A stretch of DNA of 64,000 nt, from assembly GCF_963921235.1 (NCBI RefSeq), contig NC_086108.1:49044001-49108000 (forward strand), written 5' to 3'. The notes under the pieces were generated by a model that saw nothing but the letters and a program-made list of their open reading frames with translations, was not told the origin of the DNA and did no database searches. The stretch comes from Mobula hypostoma. Its lineage: Eukaryota. A program made the position numbers and the translations under genes. Below are positions 1 through 14,306 of this stretch, piece after piece. The number at the start of each line of letters is the position of its first letter. Position 1 is the stretch's first letter.

Positions 1-1900
1 AATTTTATTGATATCTTTCCAATAGTTAGGAATCCAGAACTGCATATAATACTCCAAATATGGTCTTACCATTGTCTTATACAACTTCAACATCACATCC
101 CAACTCCTGTTCTCAAGTCTCTGATTTATAAAAGTCAATATGGTAAAAGCTCTCTTTATGATGCTATCAACTTGTGCTGCCACTTTTGAGGAATTATGGA
201 TCTGTATTCCCAGATCCCTTTGTCCTACTGCACTCCTTGGTAACTTTGGAAGTTTTTTCAGCTGGTTCATATCTGGCTATAAGCTTTGATAGCCTTCCTC
301 ATGGTTCACTACAACCCCAAACTTGGTGTCACCCACAAATTTGCAGATCATAATGGACTATAAAGGTCCAAACATAATGGACCCTGCTTTGATTCCTGTT
401 GCATACCACTAATAACAGGCCTTCAAGTCTGAGTGGCAGCTATCTACTACCACCCTGCCTTCTCCTGCTAAACCAATGTCAAATCCAATTTACTACTTCA
501 CTCTTAATGTCAAACGGCTGAACCTTCTAGACCAGCTTCTCACTCAGGACCTTATCAAAGGCCTTACTAAATTCAACACAGACAATGTCCACTGATTTTC
601 CTTCATCAGCGTTCCTGGTAATGTCCTCAAAAAACTCTATAAGATTGGTTAGACATGCACAAAGCTATGTTGACTATCTCTGATCAGGCCCTGACTATCC
701 AAATATTTATATATCCTGTCCCTCAAAATGCCTTCTAATAATTTACCCCTACTGACATCAGGCTCATTGACCTATAATTTCCTGGCTTATTCTTAGAGCC
801 TTTCTTGAACCACAGAACAGGATTAGCTAGCCACTCGTCCCCCTGTACCTAAGGGTGTTTTAAATAGTTCTGCAATTTCTGCACTAGCCTTCCACAAGGT
901 GTGAGGGGATACCTTGTCAGGCCCTGGGGTTATGTCCACCCTAATTTGCCTCAAGACAGCAAGCAACTCCTCCTCTATAATCCAGACATGGTCCACAAGC
1001 TCACTACTGTTTTGCCTCAAATTCTATGGACTCTGTTTCTATCTCCTGAGGAAATACAGATGCAAAAACTCCATTTAGCATCTCTCCCATCTCTTTCAGC
1101 TCCACACATAGATTGACCATGCTGATCTTTAAGTAGTATTTTTCCCCCATTGTAATTTCCTAAGTAATTTTATCCTTTGGTACCCCTTTGCTCTTATATA
1201 TCTGTAGAAGCCTTTGGTATTCTCCTTTACTGAGTCTTCCAGGAAAACCTCATGTCTTCTTTTAGCCCTCCTGAATTCCCCTCGTGTTATCATGCATTTC
1301 TTATACTCAAGCACCTCTTTTGTTCCTTGCTGCCTATACCTGCTACGCTTCTTTTTCTTAACCAGGGCCTCAATATCCCTCAAAAGCCAAGGTTCCCTAA
1401 GCTTCTTAGCCTTTTTATTCTAACAGGAGCATACAAGCTCAGTACTCTCAATATTTTACTATGGAAAGCCTCTCAATTACTAAGAATCCCTTTGCCAGAA
1501 AACAACCTATCCTAATCCACACCTTGCCTGTTCTTTCTGATACCATCAAAACTGGCCTTTCTCCAATTTAGAATCTCAACCCCAGGCCCAGTCCTATCCT
1601 TTTCTAATTATTTTGAAGCTATAAGGGAATTATGTTCCCTAGAACCAAGGTGCTTCCCTTTACACACTTTGTCACCTGCCCTGTCTTGTTCTCTAATAGG
1701 AGATCTAGTATTGCACTCTCTCTAGTTGGAATATCCCTATATAAGGAAGCTTTCTTGAACATATTTGACACTCTCCCAATCCAATCCTTTTACAGTATGC
1801 AAGTCCCAGTTAACATATGGAAAGTTAATATCACTTACCATCACAATCTTATCCTTCTTGCAGCTATTTCTCTACAATTTTGCTATTCTAAATCCCACTG
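1..1900 (-). mobile_element. Degraded CR1 LINE ORF2 fragments
   Basis: Minus-strand remnants of CR1 RT/tether sequence (e.g. VKENTKGFYRYIR) with many stops; boundaries approximate. Confidence 0.75.
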
Positions 1901-1972
1901 ATAATGCAATGCAAAATCCTGCATAAAGTTAAATATTTCTATATAAATCCCATATAAAATTGAATACTGTCA

Positions 1973-2308
<336 letters not shown>

Positions 2309-3780
2309 TTATAACAAAGTTAAAATATTTTTATAAATGAATTCTATCAACTTTAGTCTTGCTGTTAATGTAACATTCTAAGGAAGACCAATTCATATCA
2401 CTTGAAAAAGACTCATTTAATGCTCATCATATCATGGATCCAAGTATGAAAAATTTGAAAACCAGATGTAGTTATACAATTATAAATTAGTAGCTCTTCA
2501 AGTTATACAATAAGATCAAAAAACAGTTGTTAAACTTAGAAATTTGATACTATTTTATTGCTATAAATGAAAAATGATTTCACTTTAGTCAATAAGTTAA
2601 ACAATATTTGAGTAAATGCATGAGTAAATTACATTGAGTAAATACATAAATACATTTAGGTCAATACCTGAGTCTAATTCTATAACCTCAGGTAACTTAC
2701 TTTCTCAATATCAGCACTGGCTAGTTCTGCTGTAGGTTAATCATTTGTGGTGTTCACTCTTTTTCTATCTTCATGAGAATTCACTGATGTTGTATTAGAG
2801 TCTAAATTGCTATTTAAATTGTTATTTTTCTCATAGCTTAACTTTCTTTATGCTTACAGTACTTGTATATTTGTATAATTACCTGTTCGTCTGTAGTTTC
2901 TCTGTCTGTGAGTCTGAGATATCAAAGCAGTGTAAATTGAGACTGGTTGTTTCACAGACTGTTCTTAACAGAGAAAATTCCTTTACTTAACCAGTTTCAA
3001 CTTGTTTGCAGTATGAAGAGAGGACACAATGTCTTCAGTCCTTTTTTGTTACTTGCCTTAGTTCTTGTTTACTTCTTCTTTGCTGTTCCTTGCTGCAACA
3101 CTTTTTTTCTTATCTTTCATACCTGAATTTACTTTGTATTACTTGCTGCTTCAAGCTGATTCTGTCTGACCTGTACTATGATGAACATCTATTAAAATGG
3201 CCGTAGCCATAATATTTATGCTTCATTTCTGACTTTTGAAAAACCTATTGGACAAAATCATCTCCATATCTAACACCGACCCGACGGGTCTTTCCTGTAG
3301 GTCTACATTTTGCAGCTCTCATGTTCTTTCTAACTTCCTTCATTCACCTAACAACTAGTTAAATCTATCCCCACACCAACCTTAAACTCATCAGAGATAT
3401 TCTCTGTTCTAAGCATTCTTACTCCAGCCTCTCTGAAACTTAAGTAACTTAATTTCTTCTTTCATATTTATGATACAGGATCTTCAATTATGAAACAATA
3501 CTATTTCTCTGTACAGATGTAGCCTGGCCTGATGACTGTTTCCAGCAACTTCAGTTTTTGTTTCGGTCAATGCTCTTTCCTCCACATCACAGAAATAACA
3601 TTAAGCAGTGCTGTGTATAGAAGTTGATATGTGCCTTGAGTTACAAGCAACTTTAATTTTCATAATCTATGGCAATGAGTTCTTGATTCAAGGCCTTACA
3701 ATTTTTCAACAGATGCACAGAAGTCTCCAGTGAGGAACAGTCTCTTTGGTTTGTGGAAAGGAAGGGGAAGTGAAAATAAA

Positions 3781-4290
3781 CTCAGTGACCACATTATTTT
3801 CATTAACAAGTACACCTACTCGTTAATGCAAATATCTAATCAGTCAATCATACGGCAGCAACTCAATGCATACAAGCTTGCAGAAATGGTCAAGAGGTTC
3901 AGTTTCTATTCAAACCAAACATCAGAATGGGGGAAAAAATGTGATCTAACTGACTTTGACCATGGAATAATTGCTGGTGCCATGGGGTGGTTTGAGTAAC
4001 TGATAAACAGCTGATATTCTGGGACTTCCCCACACAACAGTCTCTAGAGTTTACAGGGAATGATGCAAAGAACAAAAAACATCCAGTGAGCAGAAATTCT
4101 GTGTGTGAAAATGGTTATGTTAATGAGAGGCCAGAGGAGAATCGCCAGCCTAGTTCAAGCTGACAGGAATACAACAGTAATTGAAATAACCACATGTTAC
4201 AATAGTGGTGTGCTGAAGAGCATCTCTAAATACACAACACATTGAAACTTGATGTGGATGGGCGACAGCAGCAGAAGACCATGAGCATTA
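3781..4290 (+). mobile_element. Tc1/mariner element fragment (left end plus N-terminal transposase remnant)
   Basis: Degenerate TIR-like CTCAGTGACCACATTATT, then a Tc1-type transposase start (GKKCDLTDFDHGIIAG). Confidence 0.65.
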
Positions 4291-4444
4291 TTTCTTATTT
4301 AGAATGGCGTGATAAGTAGTGACGCTCTGCATGCAGCTCTAATGTGTTCATCAAATATTCCTATTTAGGACTACCACAGCTGAAATCCACACTAACAACC
4401 ATGGGTACTTCAGTAAGCAGTATACCTTTAAGACATTTAAAAAA

Positions 4445-5240
4445 CAGAACATAGAACATAGAAATAGTACAGCACAGTACAGGCCCTTTGGCCCACAATG
4501 TTGTGCTGACCCTTAAACCCTGCCTCCCATATAAGCCCCCAACTTAAATTGCTCCATATACCTGTCCAGTAGTCTCTTAAACTTCACTAGTGTATCTGCC
4601 TCCACCACCGACTCAGGCAGTGCATTCCACGCACCAACCACTCTCTGAGTAAAAAGCATTCCTCTAATATCCCCCTTGAACTTCCCACCCCTTACCTTAA
4701 AGCCATGTCCTCTTGCATTGAGCAGTGGTGCCCTGGGGAAGAGGCGCTGACTATCCACTCTATCTATTCCTCTTATTATCTTGTACACCTCTATCATGTC
4801 TCCTCTCATCCTCCTCCTCTCCAAAGAGTAAAGCCCTAGCTCCCTTAATCTCTGATCATAATGCATACTTTCTAAACCAGGCAGCATCCTGGTAAATCTC
4901 CTCTGTACCCTTTCCAATGCTTCCACATCCTTCCTATAGTGAGGTGACCAGAACTGGACACAGTACTCCAAGTGTGGCCTAACCAGAGTTTTATAGAGCT
5001 GCATCATTACATCGCGACTCTTAAACTCCATCCCTCGACTTATGAAAGCTAACACCCCATAAGCTTTCTTAACTACCCTATCCACCTGTGAGGCAACTTT
5101 CAGGGATCTGTGGACATGTACCCCAAGATCCCTCTGCTCCTCCACACTACCAAGTATCCTGCCATTTACTTTGTCCTCTGCCTTGGAGTTTGTCCTTCCA
5201 AAGTGTACCACCTCACACTTCTCCGGGTTGAACTCCATCT
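4445..5240 (-). mobile_element. 5'-truncated CR1 LINE (3' end of ORF2, 3'UTR, (TTCTATG)n tail)
   Basis: 241-aa ORF with the CR1 C-terminus (MEFNPEKCEVVHFG...LVRPHLEYCVQFWSP...RGDMIEVYK); near-identical to the copy at 21907-22938. Confidence 0.9.
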
Positions 5241-5329
5241 ATCAATACTCAAAATTTGCAGAGCCCGTACAGCATGAGTGCAGTTCCCTTTTAAGAAAAC
5301 AGAAGTGGGGATGCTGTGCCAATCTCATG

Positions 5330-6790
5330 GGGTAATGGAAACGCAGAGGCTTCAGATTCCTACTCCTGATTATCCTGCTGGCAAATACCTAGTCTTTGGA
5401 AAATAAAATTGAAGACCTCAGAACAAGATTTCCATCATCATCTTGGTAGCGGTGTACATTCCACCTCAGGTCAATGCCTTGCAGGCACTGGAGGAACTGA
5501 GCATCAGCAGGCATGAAGTGGGGTACTCTGATGCTTTCCCTATCATTGCAGGGGATTTCAACTAAGCCAGCTTGAAGAAGTCTCTAAGCAACTACAACCA
5601 ACATATCATCTGTGGAACTAGAAGAACTAACACATTTGATTACTTTATACCACCATCACAAAAACTTTCCCCATCATACCATGCCCATACTTTAGAAAGA
5701 CTGATCACCGTGTTGTACTTCTACTCCCGACGAAAAGGCAGAAACTGAATTCAGCAGCACCAGTGGTGAGGGCCAAGACGGAATGGTCAAAGGAAGTTCG
5801 GAAGCGCTTACAGTTCAGCTTTGAGTTGGTGACCTGGACTATATTCATCTTTGAATCTGATTGAATATGCCACAGTTATCACTGCCTTCATTAAGACCTG
5901 TGTGGCCTTTGAGACCATACCGGATACGCCAAAACCAAAAGACATGGATGAACCACGAGATCGTAATCTGCTGAGGGCTAGGTCTGTAGCATTCAAGATC
6001 AGTGATCAATAATTATACAAGCAGTCCAGGTATGACTGATGGAAGCCTATATTTTAAGAGTGAAAAAACAATTCCAATTAAGGTTAGAGACAGAATTGGA
6101 ACCCTGTCAGCTCTGGCAGGGTTTGCAGGCCATTAGTTCCAACAAAGCAAAACTTAGCATCATGAATGGCTGTGATGCTTCACTTCCAGATGAGCTCAAG
6201 ACCTTTAATGCATGCTTTGAAAGGGAGAATAAAACTACACCTGTGCGAATTCCTGCAGCATCGGGTGACCCTGTGATCACTGTCTCAAATGATGATGTCA
6301 GAAATTTTTTCAAGAAGGTGAACCCTTGCAAGATGTGTACCTGTAGGGCTCTGAAAACCTGTGCCAACCAACTGGCAGAAGTACTCAAGGACATCTTCAA
6401 ACTCCCATTGCTGCAGTTGGAGATTCCCACCTGCTTCAAAAGAGCGACAATCATACCAGTGGCCTAGAAGAGCAGGGAGAATTGCCCATTTACTGTGATG
6501 AAGTGTTTTGAGAGGTTGGTCATAGCTGGAATCAACTCTGACCTAAAGCAAGGACATGAACTTGCTGCAATTTGCCTATTGCCACAACAGGATTACAGTG
6601 GATGCAAACTCACTGGCTCACCACTTGGTCTTGAATTGTCCAGGTTGGACAATACCTGTGTCAAGCTGCTGGTAATTGATTACAGCTCAGCATTCATATC
6701 CTCAGTTCTCATTAACAAGCTCCAAAACCTGGGCCTCTGTACGTCCCTCTGCAACTGGATCCCTGTCAGGAGACCACAGTCAATGCATTT
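5330..6790 (+). mobile_element. Degraded Rex1/Babar-type LINE (EN-RT fragments)
   Basis: LKTCANQLAEV...PTCFKRATIIPV, MKCFERLV, LVIDYSSAF, LGLCTSLCNWI motifs in broken frames. Confidence 0.8.
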
Positions 6791-6957
6791 GAAATCAACA
6801 TCTCCTCCTTTCTTTTTCAGCGGCTCGAGAACGGGGAGTGTAAGTGTCGGTGTCAGAGTCCTGCGGAAGTCAGGAGAGAGAGTATAAAAGTATAAGATTT
6901 GGGTAAGTCAGGTCTTTTTGGGCTGCGCAAATGCAGTAAGTGTTGGCGTCAGAGGAC

Positions 6958-9900
6958 TATAGGTTTTTGCTTATAAAACAGCGTGAAGAAGAAAAACTAT
7001 TACAGTTCACTTATTGTACTCTAAACACTGAACACAAAAGCGCGGTAAAAGAACTTCATGTAATTGTGTCATCACGTCAGAATAGCCTCTTAAAGAGAAC
7101 CCCCAACTCAATATCAGTAGTTGTGTATTACGTACGTTTCCACCAATTACATTACACTACACAGGTTCTAGCATGATTCACTAAAACCAGCATTGTCAGC
7201 CTGTCTGGAGCTCAGACGAGTTGCCCAGCTTGGGTCCTATGCTCTATGAGCGGAGGAATAGCAGGTGCCTCTGGCTCATCCAGATGTGTGTTGACATGCC
7301 TATGCTCATGTCTCGACGGCAGGGACATGGTAGCAAAATCCTCCAAATCTTGGTGGGCTAGTTTAAGGCAATCTACCAAAACAAATTCATGTATACCCCT
7401 CTTATCTGTGATAAAAGTCTTTTCTAACCCTTCCAGAATGTGTAACAGGCCACTGAAAGGGGGCCCAAGGGGATATTGGTGTGCATTATGGCAGACAAAA
7501 ACAAACGAGGTGGAATATAGATCAACAGGAACCCAAGAATGCTGAGCGCCATGATGGAAGGTAGGAATGGGCGCAAAGGAATTGAATTTACTGAGGAGGG
7601 TGGAACGTGGTGCCAGGAGTAAAATCACATGTCGTGGTGGTCGTGGTGTCAGGAGTAAAATCACATGCCACTTATAACAGCTGCCCATACACCAATGCAG
7701 CTGTGGTCGACTACAGGTCCTCTTTTAGAAGTATTCTGAGCCTCCAGCAGGACCCACATGAGGTGATCATGCCAACACTCATCCATCAGGGAGACCCTCA
7801 GGGCAGCCTTTAAGGAGCTGTAAAACCACTCTCATAGGCCATTGGAGTGTGGGAGATATGCCATGGTATGATGTAGCCTAACGTTGCGGTTCTGGACCAT
7901 CGCAGTCCAGAGGTCTGATATGAATTGGGGATGGTGGTCAGAGGAAATATCAGATGGGTTGTCAAACCAAGCAACTCAGGTACTGATGAACACCTGAGGC
8001 ATGTCTGTGGCCATTGTCAACGCTAGAGAAACAATCTCTGGCCACCTGGTTGCACCATGGTAAGGAACTGCATGAAACTGTGGGGAGAGGAGAAGGCGAG
8101 GGTGGGGTAGTGAAGTGTACACCATTGCTTAGGACCTCAAAAGGTGCCAATGGCACCTGGACATGACAGTTAATTTTTGCCTGCAGACACTCCACACAAG
8201 CTGCAGTCCAATCACGCATGACTTTTCTAAGGCCTTGCCACACAAACTTTAATGCAACCAGCTTCTGTGGGGTCTTCCTGATTGGATGGAGTTAAAAACA
8301 GTCCACCCCCAGCTTGCGGGCACTGCAGTTGAGACATTGCACAGGAGAGACACCCCAGCTTCTCTGAACTTAACGTCAATTAACCGCAGGCACTTAACTG
8401 CCGTTCTGTAAACTTGGACCTCTGGGTGAGTAGCCTGGTCAGCTGCCATGCTGGCATAGTCATTCCCTATGTGTATGGCCTCAACTGCTGTCCTTGAGAG
8501 GCAAATTAACCACAGAATTATTTTGCCCCTTAATATGTTGTATATCAGTTCTGAACTGATATACAAACACAGTGAAATGGCAATTCTCTAAAAGAAAATG
8601 AAAATGGCGGACAGCCAGATAGAGACTAAGAAGCTCACAGTCAGACATGCTGTACTCCCTTTTGGGGGCGGGGGTACAGAGCTGCCGGCTGAAGGAGAGT
8701 AGCTGCCATACACCTCTGACGAACTGTTCGTGCACAGCACCCACAGCATCAGTGGTAATGACTATAAGTGCGTTGGGGAGCAGGTGCTCCAGTACTGTCA
8801 TGTTGGAAAGAGCTCGTTTAGTATCATCAGATGCCCTGGTCATATCCACTGGCCTATCAAACACTTGATTAGGGGTACTGCCTTTAAGCACACAATACAA
8901 GAGAAGCACAAGTTCAGCAGCTTGCAGAATAAAGCAGTGATAGGAATTCACCACCTAAAAAATCCGGTAGGTTTTTAGTAATGCAGGGTGGTGGGAAGTC
9001 CATAATAGCAACACACACAAAATGCTGGAGGAACTCAGCAGACCAGGCAGCATCTACGGAAAAAAGTACAGTTGATGTTTTGGGCTGAAACGTCGACTGT
9101 ACTCTTTTCCATAGATGCTGCCTGGCCTGCTGAGTTCCTCCAACATTTTGTGTGTGTTGCTCGGATTTCCAGCACCTGCAGATTTTCTCTTATTTGTGAG
9201 CCCATAAATGCAGAGGTTTTTGATGGGAGGGGTTTTGAACCTTCTGCAGAGATGTGAAGGCCAAAAAAGTCAATGACTGACAACCTAAACTTACATTTAG
9301 CAAGGTCAGTAATCAACCTGTGTTGGCTTAAGTGCTCAAGTGTGAGGAGATGAGATAAGTGTTTAGATTTGGATGCACTGGCGACAAGTATGTCATCCAG
9401 ATAAACAAAAAGAAAATGTAAGTTTTTAAATTCAGAGTCCATCAGCCTTTGATAAGTCTGTGCTGCATTTTTCAGCCCAAACGGCATGCACAGAAACTTA
9501 AAGAGGCCAATCTGGGTTATCGCAGCCGTTTTGGGAACGTCCTCCGAACATACAAGCACCTGATGGAGCCCTTAACTAAAGCGACTGTCGAAAAAATTTA
9601 CTTTCCAGCCAAACGTGTCAAAAAGCCTTGGTTGTGTGGGACTGGGTAATGATTGGCGGCAATGGTCTCATTAAGGCAACGGTAATTGCCACATGGGCGG
9701 CCACCACCATTGGACTTGGGGGCCATACAGAGGGGTGAAGCCCAGGGGCTACTTGACCAGCATACAATGCCAAGTCTCTCCGTGTTGGCAAACTCAGCCT
9801 TTGCTGTTGTCAGCTTTTGTGGATCTAGTCTACGTGCGCTGTCATGTGCAGGCCAATTACGGAAATGTGGTGCTTGATCCCATGCTTTGTGACTCTAGTG

Positions 9901-11140
9901 GAGAATACGGGCTTGATGAGGTTTGGGAATTAACCCAACAGTCGAGTAAACTCACATGCGGAGGTGCATGCGCTTGACAGAGTCATTGCGGGGAACACAT
10001 TGGGGAAGTAGAGTAACAACCTGAAGTCCTTGACATTCACAAGCCGACAGTTCTTAAGATTGACTAACAGTCCTTGGGCACACAGGAAATCTGCAATGAG
10101 CAGAGGTTTAGCCATTTTAGCCAGGACGAAGTCCCACGTGTAATATCACCCACTGAGGCACAGCATCACCCATCGTGTCCTGTAAGTCTGGATGATGTTG
10201 CTGTTGGTGGCCTCCTATTATGTTTTGTTGCTTTTTGCCTTCTCATCAATAGGCGAAACTGGCAGCCCAGACTTGAACACCTGCGTGACACAGGAAACGT
10301 CGCCCCAAAAGGATTTTCATAAAGAACAGTAGACATCCCTGGCAGCTGGAACCCATGGTGTTCACAGATCTCCGATGGCCTGATATGCAGGCGCTGTTGA
10401 AGCTGCAAGGCGGTCGGCATTTCCTAGCGTTCACACCAAAGCAAGCATGGTAAAAACACAGACCTGGCATTGTCTGTTTCGCACTGTGTGCACTCTTATA
10501 TTGGGAACCTTGCTGACTGGACTTGTTGAGGCATTGAAGAGGAGTAATGATGCATCTCTGCCTGCCTGAGTGCAAACGATCAGTCCCTACAGGTGTATTA
10601 ACAAGGGGTATGCTAACTTAATCAGGCATTTGCTGCATGAAGAGTTTTTAAAAAATAAAATAAGTCTGGTGGTTTCCCAGGAGAGCAACTGTTTGATGCG
10701 CTCAGACTCTGATAGTCCAAAAGTCTGCAAAAGGTATGTTTTCAGCAATCTGTATTACATCTTGTTCAGGCGGGTGCTCTAGTAGACTCACCACCCTCGA
10801 TGCTGTGGAACTGCTGAGCAACGCTACCATGCAGTAAAATCTGGTGTTGTCAACAGCGATTTCATGTATATTGTGTCTCTGCTTGTACGTACAAACCAAG
10901 CAATAGCATTTTGCTCCCAAAACTCCAGCAGTTTTAAAGCAACTGCATTGGGCAACATGTTCAATAACTCTGGAATCATCTTATTGTATCATGGTCACCA
11001 ATGTAGGTTTTCGCAAATAGAATGGCATGAGGCATTTTTATTATACTTCACACTGAGCACAAAAATGTGGTAAAAGAACTTCACATAATTACATCATCAC
11101 GTCAGATCAGCCTCTTAAAGTGACCCCCAATTCAATGTCT
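6958..11140 (-). mobile_element. Degraded Gypsy/Ty3 LTR retrotransposon with two LTRs
   Basis: Diverged direct repeats at ~6958-7161 and ~11002-11140 (shared GGTAAAAGAACTTCA...CATCACGTCAGA..AGCCTCTTAAAG). PBS TGGTGACC at 11000-10993. Minus-strand order: gag (LCFYHACFGVNARKCRPPC), protease remnant, RT (MPFGLKNAAQTYQRLMD, VYLDDILVAS), RNase H (REYSMSDCELL), integrase remnants. Confidence 0.88.
9007..9195. mobile_element. Palindromic Penelope 3'-end insert inside the Gypsy RT
   Basis: AGCAACACACACAAAATGCTGGAGGAACTCAGCAG... and its reverse complement ending ...GTGTGTGTTGCT at 9161; same sequence as the Penelope tails at ~40240-40320 and ~61200-61267. Confidence 0.8.
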
Positions 11141-11344
11141 GTTTAAATGACAATGTGATATTATTTTGAAATAGAAAATAGAATGTGTATATGAACCCTG
11201 TTGTATACAGGTCAGGTTTTGTTTGTGTAAGCATTGTGAATCGACTTTCCATGGATGACCAACTATTTTATCCAATGAACCAAAAAACAAGACGGCAAGT
11301 CACCCAAGATTGAAGAACCAGCATGGGAATGAAATACTTAGTGA

Positions 11345-11570
11345 CAGAAACATAGAAAACCTACAGCACAACACAGGCCCTTCGGCCCACCTTAGAAATT
11401 ACTAGGCTTACTTATAGCCCTCTATTTTACTAAGCTCCATGTACCTATCTAAATGTCTCTTAAAAGACCCTATCGTATCCGCCTCCACCACCGTTGCCAG
11501 CAGCCCATTCTATGCACTCACCACTCTCTGAGTAAAAAACTTACCCCTGACATCTCCTCTGTACCTAAAA
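11345..11570 (-). mobile_element. CR1 3'-end fragment
   Basis: AGAAACATAGAAAAC tail plus CR1 3'UTR, similar to 46870-47030 and 36290-36520. Confidence 0.75.
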
Positions 11571-11949
11571 TGTTGTAGAGGATTTAATACAGTTGGATAT
11601 ACAAGGATCTGAATATGAACTTGAAGACATACTGACTTGAAATGAAACTAAAGTTAACCATAATAATTAAGAATTAGAATTCAATTAGTTTTCCAACTAA
11701 CTTGGGATAAATAGAAAGGAAATTGCTAGTCTGTAAACCTTTAAACAGGGAATAACACTAGATCTAATTAGTTAGAGAAAATGGAGTAACAAAGTTTATT
11801 CTAATGAATTTCACTGATTCTAACTGAAAAGGAATTTCGTTTGATATCCGAGATTTGGAATCTAAACAGAATGTTGGAATTTTGAATTGTCCTTACTCAT
11901 GTACATATTTTGTATATATTGCTTTGTTTTTAATGAACAAGCTTACCTC

Positions 11950-12600
11950 CTCAGTGGAAAGGATGCGCAGTTTCAAGTTCCTGTGTGTCAATATTTCTGA
12001 AGATCTATCCTGGGCCCAACATATTGATGCAATTACAAAGAAGGCACAACAGTGGCTATATTTCATGAGGACTTTGATGAGACTTGGTATGTTACTAAAA
12101 ACCTTTACAAATTTATACAGATGTACTGTGGAGAGCATTCCAACTGGTTGCACAGCTCTCCGTTATGGAATGGCCAACTACACAGGATCAGAAAAAGCTG
12201 CAGAAACTTGTAAACTCAGCCAGCTCCAACATGGACACTAGCCTCACCAGATTCAAGGATACTTTCAAAAGGCGTTGCCTCAAAAAGGCAGCATCAATCA
12301 TTAAGGACATACAGCAACCAGCACATGCCCCTTTCTTATTGCTACCATCAAGGAAGTGGTACAGGAGACTGAAAACATGCACTCAACATTCAGGAACTGC
12401 ATCTTCACCTCTGCCATCAGATTACTGAATGAACACTATGAACCACGAACACTAACTCACTTCTTTCCCTTCTGTTTTTGCACTACTTATTTATTTTTTT
12501 AGATATACTTCTTACTGGACTTTACAGTTTTTATTTTATTTGTGTATATATATACACACACACACACGCACCAGTGATATTAAATCTGATTCTAATCCTG
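11950..12600 (+). mobile_element. Rex1/Babar LINE 3' fragment
   Basis: SFKFLCVNISEDLSW...KKAQQWLYF...YRCTVESI, then a 3'UTR ending TAAATCTGATTCT. Confidence 0.8.
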
Positions 12601-12605
12601 ATGTA

Positions 12606-12660
12606 CACTCAATGGCCACTTTATTAGGTACAGGAGGTACCTGATAAATTGGCCACCGGC
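12606..12660. mobile_element. ~55-bp Tc1-type palindromic MITE
   Basis: TA|CACTCAATGGCCACTTTATTAGGTAC-AGGAG-GTACCTGATAAATTGGCCACCGGC|TA; TIR related to the left end at 3781. Confidence 0.7.
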
Positions 12661-14306
12661 TATATTTGTGATAGCTTCACGCTGAAGGTATTAAAAATTA
12701 AACTCTCCTCATAACATATTCTTGTTCAACCACAGGACATGGAACACTAACTCTTACAACTTCTCCTTTCAAGGATCCTGAATTATCTTTACACGTGAAG
12801 CCACAATTAAATTATATTGCACACAATTCAGTATCATCTTCATGGGCAATTCACTGGGATCAAGCTGTTTGAAAGTGACTGATGTGGCCAATTTGGGAAT
12901 CACGTTCTCCCAAACAGTATGGGTGGTGCTTGCTGGAGCTAACAGAAAGGTAGTTTATGAGGTAGTCCTTCCAACTTTTAAGGATCCTGATGTATTGACT
13001 CAAAATTCATATTATCATCCACTTGATCAGGGACTCTCCAGAGAAAATGTGATGTTACAGATTTCAATGAGCCTCTTCATTTGTCTGATTGGACAAAGAT
13101 GGAGCTCCAAATTATGTGTTTCATAAATCTGGTATTAGGCATGCAATCAATTTAGCCAACTCTTCAAGACAACTGAATCTAACTAGTACATCAGTGCTGG
13201 GAGTGTTGGCCTGAGAGAGGTCACTGAAATTGGTTTACATATCCTGCTAGTGAATTTGGAGGATTTTAGAGATATATTGCAGTTATTTTTTCACTGCCTT
13301 GAAATGTCTATTGCTGCTAGTCCAGGTTTCAGATACATATGGTATATAAATCATAAGACCATAAGATATAGGAACAGAATTAGGCCATTTGACCCGTTGA
13401 GTCTGCTCCATCATTTCAACATGGCTGATCCAATATTCCTCTGAGCCCAACCTCCTGCCTTCTCCCTGTATCCCTTCATGCCCTGACCAATCAAGAATCT
13501 ATCAACCTCTGCCTTAAATATACATGAAGACTTAAGCCTCCATAGCTGCCTGTGGCAAAGAATTCCACAGATTCATCACTCTCTGGCTAAAAAAATTCCT
13601 CCTAATCTCCATTCTAAAACCTCTATTCTCACGCTCCATCCTCTGTCTTAGACTCTCCCACCATAATAAACACCCTCTCTACATCCACTCTATCAAGGCC
13701 TTTCACCACTTGATAGGTTTCAATGATGTCACCACTCATTCTCTGAGTTCCTGTGAATACACGTCCATAGCCATCAAATGCTCTTCATGTGACAAGCCAT
13801 TAAATCCTGGAATCATTTCTATGAACCTGTTTTGAGCACTTTCCAGTTTCAGCACATCTTTTCTAAGATAAGGGGCCCAAAACTGCTCACAATTCTCCAA
13901 GTGAGGTCTCACCAGTGCTTTATGAAGTCTCAACATTACATCCTTGCTTTTATATTCTAGTCCTCTTCAAATGAATGCTAACATTGCATTTGCTTTCCTT
14001 ACCACAGACTCAACCTGCACATTAACCTTAAGGGAATCTTGCACAAGGACTCGAAAGTCCCCTTACACCTCATTTTTTTGTATTTTCTCTCCATTTAGAA
14101 AATAGTCTACCCTTTCATTTCTCCTACCAAAGTACATGGCTATACACTTCCCAACACTGTATTCCATCTGCCTCTTCTTTGCCTATTCTCCTAATCAAAG
14201 TCCTTCTGTAGCCACACTACTTCCTCAAAACTACCTGCCCCTCCACCTAGCTTCATATCATCTGCAAACTTTGCAACAATGTCATCAATTCCATCATCCA
14301 AATTAT

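Noticed and set aside
3475..3565. Additional hammerheads in ancient Penelope-tail remnants (also ~23335-23435, ~56640-56720, ~59000-59095)
   Set aside because: Too decayed; the core boxes and stems are not recoverable.
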